Under the pieces are notes generated by a model that was not told the DNA's origin, did not search any database, and saw only the letters and a program-made list of their open reading frames with translations. Below are positions 20,965-32,020 of a stretch of DNA of 64,000 nucleotides, in pieces (within the stretch, counting starts at the first letter, position 1; each line of letters begins with the position of its first letter). This stretch comes from Azolla caroliniana (Eukaryota > Plantae > Polypodiophyta): positions 9,114,001 to 9,178,000 of the forward strand of contig JBHGNT010000003.1 in the NCBI GenBank assembly GCA_043228905.1, read 5' to 3'. A program made the translations under genes and the position numbers.

Positions 20965-22004
20965 GCGGTAGAAGCCGACAATGAGATAATCTGGATGAAG
21001 GACTTCATCAGAGAGTTAGGGATCCAACATGAGGAATTCTAGCTCTATTGTGATAGTCAACGTGCCATCCACCTCACGAAGAATGCTACCTAGCACTCCC
21101 GAACCAAGCACATCTAGAGCAGATACCATTGGCTCCGGGAGAAGGTAGAAGATAAAGAGTCTTGTTGACGAAGATCCATACTGAGGAAAACGGGTCGGAC
21201 AGCCGACAAGCTGGACATATGTCGAAGATGGATCAGACTGACGAGGCATCCCATGCCGGAGTGAAGAGGGAGCTTGTTGGGAAACAAGTCCTTCAGAATG
21301 GGATCAAGGATGAGAATTGGATGAGCCGGATTAGATGGGACAAAGGAAGGAACCGAACCGTATGGATCTGGAAGGTACCCGGATACCGAATCAGATGGAT
21401 CCGGAAGGAATCCGATCGGATCCGGTATGAACCAGCAAACAGGAACATATTGGTAAATATGTTCAGACGTGACTGTTGAAGTCGTATTTGTAAATAGTCG
21501 ATAAATTATATGTGTCACAAACATGACAACAGTTATGTCAAGATTTGAACTCTTGACCTCTTGTATTATAATCAAGTGTCATATTGTAACCAACACATCC
21601 AAGTACATAATCGTGTTATATATATCTTCATAGATTATCCATTCACATTCTCAGAGTTTTTAGAAAGTTCTAGAACTAGAAGGTTCTAGAGGGTTTTAGA
21701 ATATTCTCCAAAATATTCTCAAGAATATTCTAATGCATGTACTTCAACTCACAGTATAAATACTTGTAACCTCCGTGGTCCCTTTCAAGGGATTGAACGC
21801 CAATCACTGACATATTAATCTAGTTTCCTCATTTCATGCCATGTCTCCTTGATCAATCGGACTAGCTTCCTAAGTTCATAGTCTCATCACTTACAACTTC
21901 TATAGTTTCTAGCCTCGTAGTTCGAGTTCCACGTTCGTAACCTTATCGGTCATAGCCTCGTCATCCATGCTCTATCGTAGTCCAATGTTGGTGTGTCCGC
22001 GATA

Positions 22005-22020
22005 GTTTGAATCCCTTCAA
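22005..22020 (+). promoter_or_regulatory. Putative self-priming PBS, complementary to the element's own transcript 5' end
   Basis: gtttgaatcccttcaa directly follows LTR1 and has no TGG/tRNA match. It is complementary to caagggatt(g/c)aac, found ~30 nt after TATAAA (21755) in the family LTRs. The PBS of the inverted copy (30209-30222) is a 14/14 complement of 18030-18043. Confidence 0.7.
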
Positions 22021-22049
22021 ACTAGATGCATCACCCGTCTTCGTCATTG

Positions 22050-22520
22050 CAATTGCTTCTAGAGTTACCATCGTCACCGTCCTTGCTTCTAGAGTTACCG
22101 TCATCAACATCCTTTCGTTTCCTATCTTCCTCGCCATCTCTATCTCCTAGTTTCTTCTCATCGTTGTCTTTGTCTTTTAGTTTCTCCTCATCATCGTCTC
22201 TGTTTTTTAGTTCCTTCTCATCCTCCACATATCTATCTCCGTGTTTCTTATCATCATCATCCCTATCTCTGTGTTTTTTGTCATTGTCATTCTTCTCCCT
22301 GCGTTTCCTACCGTTTTCATCTCCATCTATGTGTTTCTTATCATCATCATCATCCCTATCTATGTGTTTCTTATCATCTTCGTCCTTGTCACTGTGTTTT
22401 CTATATCTCTGTCTTTGTGTTTCTTTTTATCCTCAACGTCTCGATCTCTGTGTTTCTTATCCTCTTCATCTATTTCTCTATTTCTCTATTTCCATCGTCA
22501 TTGCTTCCACAGATGCTTCC
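22050..22520 (+). repeat. Pyrimidine-rich low-complexity repeats in the element leader
   Basis: Recurrent ctatct(a/c)tgtgtttcttatcatcatcatc units of ~30-36 bp. Confidence 0.6.
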
Positions 22521-22689
22521 TCAACATCATTGTCTTCATTGCTTCATCTTCGACATCATCATCTTCAACACCTCTCGGTGTCGTTATCAACACTACTTTG
22601 CCTAGCCTTCATCGACGTCAAGTGTTCCAGTTCCCGGTGAGGACCGCACATGGTCGCTCACGCTTGTCGGTGTTTGTGTCTCTGGTGAG

Positions 22690-25600
22690 TGTTGAATCTG
22701 GTATCAAATCTTGGTATTGTTTGATTCTGCTGCCGCCATCTATCTAACCTCCATCAGCAACTCTTCTCTTGTACACCTTGAAGATCTCGATTGGCAACTC
22801 CTCTTGAAATTGCATTTGACGAAGAGAGACAACTGAAGGTCTGCACTCAATTGTTCGAAATCACCCTTGAAGTAAGCCAGTCGACTGTACTTCGACTCTG
22901 TGATTGTCGTCGCTTGGAGTGAGACCCTTCTCTTGATCAAGCAACATCCGTGCCTCACTCGATTAGGCAGAAATTGAATAGGTCATATGACGCTATCTTC
23001 TCAATTGTTGTAACCACTTGAAGCAAACACGACTCCAGGGGCAACCCCAATCTATGTTTCATTCGGTTGAACGACATTCGGGAGGACCAGTAGACTTTGT
23101 CCCTCTCATCGTCGCAATTACCCGAAACAAGATCGGCCTGGAAAATTGCACATAATTCGTGGTAGGAAATCTTGGAAAATCGACGTTCGAAATCAAACAA
23201 TCAAATCAGGGTTCAACTCCATTAAGTCAGTTGACAGAAGTCACTCTGAACAGGGTTCATCAACATTCGTAATCAACACGACTTGTGTCCAACTTCGGTT
23301 AGAACGGCATCGACTGAGCCAACCTGCTGCACTCCATCACAGTTTGTAGCTAACTCCTGACAAAGTCTATTATACCAACACAGATGGCTTCAACATCCGG
23401 CTCGTCAGAGATGAGTCTAAGGAAGTTCGACGGATCGAACTTCAACTTCTAGAAGGAGCAAATGCATGACTATTTAATAGTCAAGGGGCAAATTGACCTC
23501 ATTGAGAATGAAAACCCTCCAGAAGGATACAAGTCGCTTGAATGGGAAAAGCTCGACAGAATCGTCCAAGCCACCATTCGGATGCACCTATCGGAGTCTA
23601 TGTACTTCACGGTGCAATCGTGTTCGACTGCTTTCCAACTATGGAAGACACTTTTAGACACTTACGAAAAGAAGGTCGCCGCCACCAAGATATACCTAAT
23701 TCAGCGCCTTTATAACCTTCGGATTAAAGAGACTAATTTGGTCCAAGCACACCTGAACGAGTACGAAAGCCTAAGCTCCCAAATTTCGGCCCGAGGGACA
23801 ATTATCGAGGATGAACTAAAAGCAATGCTGCTTAGGAGTAGTCTCCCTCCCTCGTGGAAAACTTTTGTTACAACCGTGTGCAATGCGTCAACAGCTGCCG
23901 TTAAGTACTCCTCAATCATGAGTGCAATTCTGACTGAAGCAACTCAGAGAAAATCATTTGCTAACGATTCAGCCAACAACTCTTACATAGTACAAGGTTC
24001 GACCGACTGATCGAATAGCCGTGGAAGAAGTTCTTCATGGCAGTCGAATAATCAACGAAGTTGGAGCAAGTCCCGAGATAATCGAGTCTGCAACTACTGC
24101 AAGAAACCCAGACACATCAAAGCTGATTGTCATGCACTCAAGGCAAAAGACAATAAGGCTCAGCGAGCCGAGCAGAAGAGTGGCCGACATGAGGAGATCA
24201 ACTACATCAGCTCTTCGGCTGAAGTATTGACAAACGACCCGAATATACTATCAATTGAGAACTCAGTCAAATTAGAAGTTCTGCTTACGAATGAAGAATC
24301 AAGCACGTGGCTCTTAGATTCGGGTGCGTCCTTTCATGCGACTCCTCATCGATCCCAATTTCAGCAATACACGACATGACATTCCGACTCAGTTCGGGTA
24401 GGAAATTTGCAACATTGCGACATAATTGGAATCAACACGGTAGAGCTCAACCTTGCGGGTGGCTCTACATTAGTACTACGCAATGTCTGACATGTACCTG
24501 AGCTCTCACGACCACTGATCTTAGTCGGACAATTAGATGAAGACGGCATCCGTGTTGGCTTCTCATCAGGAGGGTGGGCGCTCCATAGAGGGAACCTCTT
24601 GCTTGCTAGAGGACCGAAGATACACTCATTGTATCCTTTGCATGTCACACTCAGAGAGGGTGACCTGTTTTTGGTTGACATTCCCGTGTCATCACTCTGG
24701 CATAGACGACTAAGACACCACAGTAAGGCCGACATCACACACTTATTTAGAGCCGGATACATCCCCAAACTCTCCTTCTCAGATCATCAGTTCTGTGAGC
24801 ATTGCCAATACAGCAAGGAGATAGCCGTAACACACCCTTCATTTGCCCCGAGAGAATCGAGTTCGCCCGATTTGCTCCACTCAGACGTATGTGGTCCTAT
24901 GCCACATCAATCCCTTGGCAGCGCTCTATATTTCGTCAGCTTCATTGACGACTCGACTCGAAAGGTGTGGGCTTATCTGATCAAAACCAAAGATCGTGTC
25001 TTCTCGATCTTTTCCGATTGGCTCGCCATGGTTGAGAATCCGTCAGGCCGAAAACTAAAAAGCTTTTGGTTCGATAATGGGGGAGAGTTCAAATTAGAGG
25101 AATTCGTCAAATTTTGCCGAGAACAAGGCATCATACGTGAATTTACGGCACCCCACAGTCCAGAGCATAATTGAATTGCCGAGCGAATGAATTGGACAAT
25201 TCAAGAAATGATAGTTTCCATGCTCCAACACTCCGGACTAACAGATGGCTTTTGGGTAGAGGCGCTACTTACACCAGTACACTTAATCAATATGTCGCCG
25301 AGCAGGCCTCTAGGACTTCAGATCCCTCAAGAACTATGAACCCGCAGTAAGCTGAATGACGACAAGCTGAGGATTTTCGGATGCAAGGCGTACGCCTTCA
25401 TCCCGAAAGATGATCGCCGCAAACTTGCACCAAAGTCTAGGAAATGTATTATCCTCAGTTATGGAACATATGGCGAAATGGGATATCAACTCTGGGACCC
25501 TGAACACAGACAGATCGTCCGAAGTTCAGACGTCGTGTTCAATGAGTTGGCCATTCATCAATTGGTCGAAAAACCAATCGAAGTCCAAAGGGTAATTTTT

Positions 25601-27905
25601 TCCAATGTGCCAACCCTTCCCGAAGGCCTTGCGCACAACACACGATCAACTTCACGGGTAGCTGAACCCTCTAACACCGACTCAGAGAATTTCAACTCGG
25701 CATAGCCGAACGATTCAAATTTGGACCATCCGACCACGACACCCGATGCGACTAGTCCAGTCATACCTCGAAGATCCGAGAGACTGTCGCAACCCCCGGA
25801 GAGATACTCTCCTGGTATCTTCTTTACGGACGCCGGAGAACCGACGTCATATGAAGAAGCATCGGCGTTAGCCGATTCGGCCACCTGGCATCTGGTAATG
25901 GAGTTCGAAATGAAGTCCATTCATGCAAACAATCAATGTGTTCTTCCGTGCAAGTGGGTCTATCTAATTAAGGAGAGGTCTGATTTGGCCAACCCAAAAT
26001 TCAAAGCCAATTTAGTAGCAAAGGGTTTTCGATAGGAACACGATGTCGATTTCAACGAAATTTTTTCGCCAGTGGTGAAAATGACCACCCTTCACTTTAT
26101 GCTTGGCGTAGTGGCAGCTGAGAATTTGGAATTGATTCAGCTCGATGTCAAAACAGCTTTCCTCCACGGTGATCTTGAGGAGGAAATTTATATGGAGCAA
26201 CCGAAAGGCTTTGTGGCATCTAGCCAAGAACATCTAGTCTACCGACTCAAGAAGAGTCTTTACAAACTGAAACAGGCGCCGCGAGAGTGGTACAAGAAGT
26301 TCAACGACTTCATCCAATCGATTGGCTTCTCAAAGAGCGATGAGGACCATTGTCTCTTCATGAAAACAACTTGAGATCGATCACCCATCTTCCTCATCAT
26401 CTACGTGGACGACATGCTAATCTCTGGACGCCATGCTGGCGAACTAGCCGATCTCGTTCGGAAATTGCGGTTGAAGTTTGCCATGAAGGATCTTGGTCTG
26501 ACACGACACATCCTTGGTATGAAGATAAGTCGGAACCATAATCAACAACAATTGTTTCTGTCCTAGTTCGACTACATTGGACGTGTCCTCAAACGCTTCA
26601 ATATGCAATCGGCGAAATCTGCCTCTACCCCGCTCCCTATTCATACTCGGCTATCTCAACGAGACTGCCCGACATCCAGTCCGGAGGGGAAATTATGAAG
26701 TCGATACCGTATGCACCGGCAGTTGGCTCCCTAATGTATGTGATGGTCGCGACACGACTTGACATCGCCCATTTCGTTGGAGTCATCAACAAATTTATGC
26801 ATAATCCCGGCCGATCGCACTGGAACGCAATCAAGCATGTGTTTAGATATCTGGTGGGTACAAAAGACCTTGGTATTCTGTTTGCCCCGAATAACATCTC
26901 AGGCATATTCGGATACACCGACTCGGACTTTGCAAGTTGCATAGATAGCCGTAAATCGACAACCGGATATTGTTTTAAACTCAGCAATGGAGCGATATCA
27001 TGGAAATCAAAACTTCAAGAGTGCACCGCCACATCAACGACCGAGGCCGAATACGTAGCCGCATCCGATGCGGGAAAAGAGGCCTTATGGCTCGATCAGT
27101 TGGCCTGCACGTTTCGACAAGTCGAAATCAACTCGGCTCCAATTGTTTACAGTGACAGTCAGGGTGTTGTTGCTTTGTTGAAAAATCCGGTTCATCATAA
27201 TGCCTCCAAGGATATCAACATTCGATATCATTTCATAGAGAAAATCGGTCTAGAGAAAATATCGACAACAGATAATGTCGCGGACGCATTAACCAAGTGC
27301 CTTTCGGCGGATCGATTTCGATCCCTTCGGCATTGAATGGGCGTAATGAAGAATCAGTCTGATTAAATCTAACACCCAGGACGTTTCTCGGACAATAGAC
27401 CTGGATAATTCGAACTTCGGCTTCAGTCTCTCCGAACTCGGCCAATCCAGCCTTTTGCTCTTCAGAGTTCACCAACTCGAACGAATGCTTGATTGTTTGT
27501 AAACCTTGTATCAATCTGTATTGTACATTCATTTCAATCTACAGATTTCAAATGTATACGCCCATTAGGGGGGAGTGTTGAATACGGGCTTCTAATGGAC
27601 ATATTCACAACATCTCCTTTTGTACACACTAGGCTTAGGCTATTTATGAAAATAGTGAGAAGGGCAGTTGCCCTAAGTCAGCCAGTATATAAGCTGACTT
27701 TGTAACCTAGTTAGTCGTTTTTGCTTTAAGTTGTAATATACTCTTTACATTGTGCCTACTGTCTCTCTCTCTCTTTGGCGTACTTGTTGTATTGTTTGTC
27801 TTTGCTGCTATAAAAGTTACGATCTTGTATCCATTGACTATCTTATAGGAGCTTATAGAAGAAGATCGTTGATCTTGTTCCGCATTAGACGATTAGTCTC
27901 CAACA
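22690..27905 (+). mobile_element. Decayed Ty1/copia element with the 5' LTR almost fully deleted
   Basis: TSD GTGAG/ATGAG (one mismatch) at 22685-22689 and 27906-27910. A 5' stub TGTTGAAT is followed by PBS TGGTATCAAATC (22699-22710). PPT AGGGGGGAG at 27567-27575; 3' LTR 27576-27905 (TGTTGAAT…CAACA). Confidence 0.85.
23384..27336 (+). pseudogene. Copia gag-pol with stops
   Basis: KFDGSNFNF*KEQM gag start, CNYCKKPRHIKADC, WLLDSGAS, HSDVCGP, QLDVKTAFLHG, IIYVDDM, GYTDSDFA and TEAEY. Confidence 0.9.
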
Positions 27906-28248
27906 ATGAGGACTGTACATGGTCTCTCACACTCGTTGGTGTTCCGATTCTCAATGAGGAACGCGCATGGTCGTTCACTTCCATTCGTGTTCCATTCTCT
28001 GGTGAGGACTACTCATGGTCCGCGACTCCTCAACCTACTCCGGTTTTCTCTTTCAGCTCACCCCTACACTACGTTTCCAAAAAGGCGGTGAGGATCGCAC
28101 ATGGTCGCTCATGCCTGTTGGTGTTTGTGTCTCTGGTGATGACCGTACATGGTCGCTCACACCCGTTGGTGCTTCAATTCCTGATGAGGACCACACATGG
28201 TCGCTCACATTCACTCATGTTCCATTCTCCGGTGAAGACCACACATGG
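27906..28248 (+). repeat. Array of ~50-bp hairpin-forming units, forward copy (continues from 22636-22689)
   Basis: About 7 units with core GTGAGGACC(GCACAT)GGTCGCTCAC. Confidence 0.8.
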
Positions 28249-28855
28249 TAAAAGGTGGTTGTAAAGGAGAGGATAATGTCATGGACATGACTACCACGCT
28301 TCCGAAAAGGTGGTTGTAAAGGGGAGGATAATGTCACGATACAGTGACATAAAATATATAGTTGCTGAGGATTAAATTTGCAACCTCACATCAACAATAT
28401 GTCATGCTCAACCATCTTGATATCAGCATTGTATGAGATTTACTTGATCTACATATCATTGTATAAGATATACTTGATCTAGGTATACTCTCTAGACATC
28501 TAGAAAGTTTTGGAAAGTTCTAGAAGGTTTTAAACGGTTTTAGAATATTCTTCAAAATATTCTAATGCATATACCTCAACTCACAGTATAAATACTTGTA
28601 ACCTCGGTCCCTTTCAAGGGATTGAACGCCAGTCACTGACATATGAATCTAGTTTCCTCGTTTCATGCCATATGTCTCCTTGACCTTCATATTTGTCTTC
28701 ATGCTCTCTAGTTAATCCTAGCTTCCTAATTTCATAGTCTCATCACTCACAACTTCTATAGTTTCTAGCTTCATACTTTGATTTCCACGTTCGTAACCTT
28801 ATCGGTCATATCCTTGTCATATGTGCTCTATCGTAGTCCAATGTTGGTGTTGAAT

Positions 28856-29670
28856 CACGGGGAACACGAACACCAACGGGCATGAGAGACCATGTCGGTC
28901 CTCACTGAGAGTTGGAACACGACCACCAACAGGCATGAGCGAACATGTGTGGTCCTCACCGGGAATTGGAAGATGAACAACAACAAGCAGGAGCGACCAT
29001 GTCGGTCCTCACCGGGATCTAGAACACGAACATTTGTGGTGCTCACTGGAGACTAGAACATGAATACCAACGGGCGTGAGTGACCATCTACAGTCCTCAC
29101 AGGGAACACGAACACCAATCGGCATCAGAGACCATGTCAATCCTAGCCGAGAGTTGGAACACGAACACCAATGGGCGTGAGCGACCATGAGGCCCTCACT
29201 GGGAATTGGAACACGAATGGACGTGAGCGACCATGCGGCCCTCACTGAGAACTGAACACGAACGGGTGTGAGCGACCATGAGGCCCTCATTGAGAATTGC
29301 AACACGAACGGATGTGAGCGACCATGCGGCCCTCACCAAGAACTAGAACACGAACGAACGTGAGTGACCATGTGTGGCCCTCATCAAGAATTGGAACGTG
29401 AGCGACCATGTGCGGTCCTCATCAAAAACACGAATGGGCGTGAACGACCATGCGGCCCTCACTGAGAACTAGAACACGAACGAACATGAGAGACCATGTG
29501 GCCCTCACCGGGAACTGGAACACGAATACCAACAGATATGAGTGAGCATGTGTGGTCCTCACGGGGAACACGAACACCAATGGGCATGAGAGACCATGTC
29601 AGTCCTCGCCGAGAGTTGGAACACGAACATCAACAAGCGTGAGAGACCATGCGGCCCTCACCGAGAACTG
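28856..29670 (-). repeat. Array of ~16-17 hairpin-forming units, inverted copy
   Basis: On the + strand, GTGAGCGACCATG…GG(T/C)CCTCAC cores are separated by related gaact(a/g)gaacacgaac… linkers. Confidence 0.85.
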
Positions 29671-30552
29671 AACGAGGACTGGAATAACAATGGGCGAAGG
29701 AGTGCAAGTGAAGTGGTCGACTCGACTTCTTCTATTATGAGAGGGTAAATAATCGAGGTTGACCCAAGACACGGCACAAACGGTAGCGCAAGAAACCCAC
29801 ACGATCCCCACCAGGAAAGTGAGCGGTTGTGACCCCCACCAAAACTAGAAGGTGAACGATCAAAATCGGTCCTCGCAAACAAAAAGTGGCGCGAGACTTG
29901 AACTATAACGAAAATGCAGTGCAAGCGAGCAATGATCCAATCCCCACCAGGAAAGTGACTGGTTGTGACCCCCACCGGAACTGGGAAGGTGAGCGATCGA
30001 AAGCACTCCTCACCAAAACCGTGATGCAAAATGATACCTAAAAATGATGACAAGTAGTGTTGATGACGACGATGGTTGGGGGAAGAGGTGTTGAAAATGA
30101 TGACGTCGAAGACAAGGATGTTGATGACGATAACTCCGAAAGCAAGGACGGTGATGATGGTAACTCTAGATGCAATGGCGACAACGAAGTCAGGTGGTGC
30201 TCCTAGTATCAAGGGATTCAACGAAGTTACAAGTATTTATACTGTGAGTTGAAGTACATGCATTAGAATATTCTTGATAATATTTTGGAGAATATTCAAG
30301 AACCCTCTAGAACCTGATAGTTCTAGAACTTTCAAAAAACTCCTAGAACATGAATAGATAATCTATGAAGATATACATAACATGATTACGCACTTGGATG
30401 TGTTGGTTACAATATAACGCTTGACTATAATACAAGAGGTCAAGAGTTCAAATCTTGACATAACTATTGTCGTGTTTGTGACAATATGAGTATAAATATA
30501 ACTAGGGCAAATAGTGTTATTATTATGTTGTTGTCATTATTTGTTGTATAGA

Positions 30553-30600
<48 letters not shown>

Positions 30601-31029
30601 TCGAATTTGAAAGTATTTTATGTTGTAACCGCTGGTTGGTGAAGACATAGAGCTCGAGGTCGTTGCCTCTGAATCTCGCATTGTATCATTCCTCTCATAG
30701 TGATAGTTGGAGTCTATGGGCTCCCATGGTTTTTTCCCGAGTAGGGTTTCCATGTTAACATCTTGTTTTGTATTATTATTTTTATCTGTTTTCTTCCATA
30801 AAGTGTTCAAGACTCGGTTGTGGCCGAGCACTATTCCTCACAGGTACCTGCGGGAAAAAAGTATTGGGATGAAGGTAATGTGTCATCTTCTCATATGTTG
30901 AAGTTCTGGAAATAGTTTTGGTCACTTAATTGTATGAACAAGGTATTGCATTTTCGATGGTTGATGATTCATTATGCATTGCGAATAGGAGTTTTATTGA
31001 GGGTAATAGTGCCTGATTGTTGAGAGATC

Positions 31030-31205
31030 AAGCTCAACTTAGTTTAGTTAGTTAGTCAACACATGTAACTTAGTAGTTACCTAGATAAAATCTAGTTAGT
31101 GTGTTGACCATAAAGCCTTAAATAGGATTTTGTACTCAAGTGGGATACATTGTAGATCCACCACTCCATGCTCATTTAATATAGGACTTACACGTTGTAC
31201 CTATA
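31030..31205 (+). repeat. Dispersed repeat, also present at ~62218-62390 (probable old LTR fragment)
   Basis: ttagtcaac…catgtaacttagtagttac…aaagccttaaata…gattttgtact…aatataggacttaca…ttgtaccta occurs at both sites. Confidence 0.65.
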
Positions 31206-31469
31206 TTCTCCTAGCACATGTGCACCCTTGCACATGAAACCTATATATACCTCATTGAAGGTATTTTTGTATTTGATGATAGTTGATTATGATAATGCTA
31301 AGTTAATATACTTACTCATCCCCCATCTTGTGTTATTCATAAGTGTATCTCTCTCTCTCTCTCTTCCTCTCACACACATACACACATATCACTTAATCTT
31401 CCGTGCTTAACTTAATCACATAATTAGGTAATAATAATTCCTTAATTAATTACCTAATCCTTAACAGAT

Positions 31470-32020
31470 CGATCATATGTTATGTGTGGGTTTGCATTTG
31501 AGACATTACATCGTGTTTTGTTGGGAATGTGTTGCGGCCAAAAGTTCTTCGTTTCTAATTCTTAGGCTATTAGGTCGTAAGTATAGGTCGGCTATTTTCA
31601 TGTGGGTTGCAGTCCTTTGGGGAACGTTGGCTCAACAAATGGCTTTTTATCATGATCATAATTCTTCATTGACTTTACATGTGACAAGTCTTTAGATGTA
31701 CTCTGCTTCAAGCTCCTTGCAAGGAATCAAGTTCTTCTTGCAATGTTAGGTTTGGCAGATTGTCTCCTCTTTGGCCTCTTTGGAAAGCGAAGTGTTCAAA
31801 ATTATACAATGTTGAACAATCTCATGTTGTGGATCAGGTTAAGACCTTTTGGGAATTATTGGTACATACAATTAAAGGTGATTATGATAGTTATAAGGGT
31901 TATGGAAATACAGCTAATCGAAAAAGAAGAAGAATGTGTAGAGTCTGGGCATCTATTCCTATTATGTTGGATGTAGGTGATGATGTTAAGCGGAACTACA
32001 TTCCACCTTGTTGGTTGTTC
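31470..32020 (+). mobile_element. Degenerate 3' end of an L1-like LINE ORF2 (zf-RVT and C-terminal region)
   Basis: C…ETLH…/FCWECVAAK resembles a zinc-finger remnant, followed by LWPLWKAKC…FWELLV…W…W. This pattern is typical of plant L1 ORF2 C-termini. Confidence 0.4.

Larger units (their letters stand above)
21513..30483. mobile_element. Composite non-coding LTR element with inverted outer ends: a forward copy joined to an inverted 5' half
   Basis: TSD ATATG at 21508-21512 and 30484-30488, with the host LTR continuous across it. LTR1 21513-22004 (+); PPTs ~28250-28331; LTR2 28332-28850 (+). An inverted internal segment spans ~28856-30222 and an inverted U3 spans ~30223-30483. Confidence 0.85.
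12223..30842 (+). mobile_element. Old decayed Tnt1/Tork-like copia element hosting the whole nest (5' part outside the window)
   Basis: Pol fragments at 12223-13015, 18279-19406 and 20965-21263 join across TSDs (MDSLHEN|HTYEL; AEYMVA|VEA) and resemble the young copia polyprotein. PPT at ~21261-21272. The 3' LTR (21275-21512 plus 30484-30842) is homologous to the young element's LTR and ends CTATTCCTCACA. Confidence 0.9.

Noticed and set aside
22026-22747. Ser/Leu/Phe-rich membrane-protein-like ORFs
   Set aside because: Low-complexity pyrimidine repeats in a TE leader.
28848-28856. TGTTGAATC identical to 22690-22698, suggesting linked rearrangement breakpoints
   Set aside because: Each has an independent explanation (copia LTR stub plus spacer; LTR2 end plus PBS-like or filler bases), and the match is only 9 bp.
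28856-29670. CRISPR-like array of palindromic repeats with spacers
   Set aside because: Linkers are related to each other, repeats are degenerate, there are no cas genes, and the context is a eukaryotic LTR element.
31018-31466. Solo LTR TGTTGAG…TTAACA
   Set aside because: Termini are plausible but there is no clean 4-5 bp TSD (ctgat vs gatcg). Only the internal dispersed repeat is reported.
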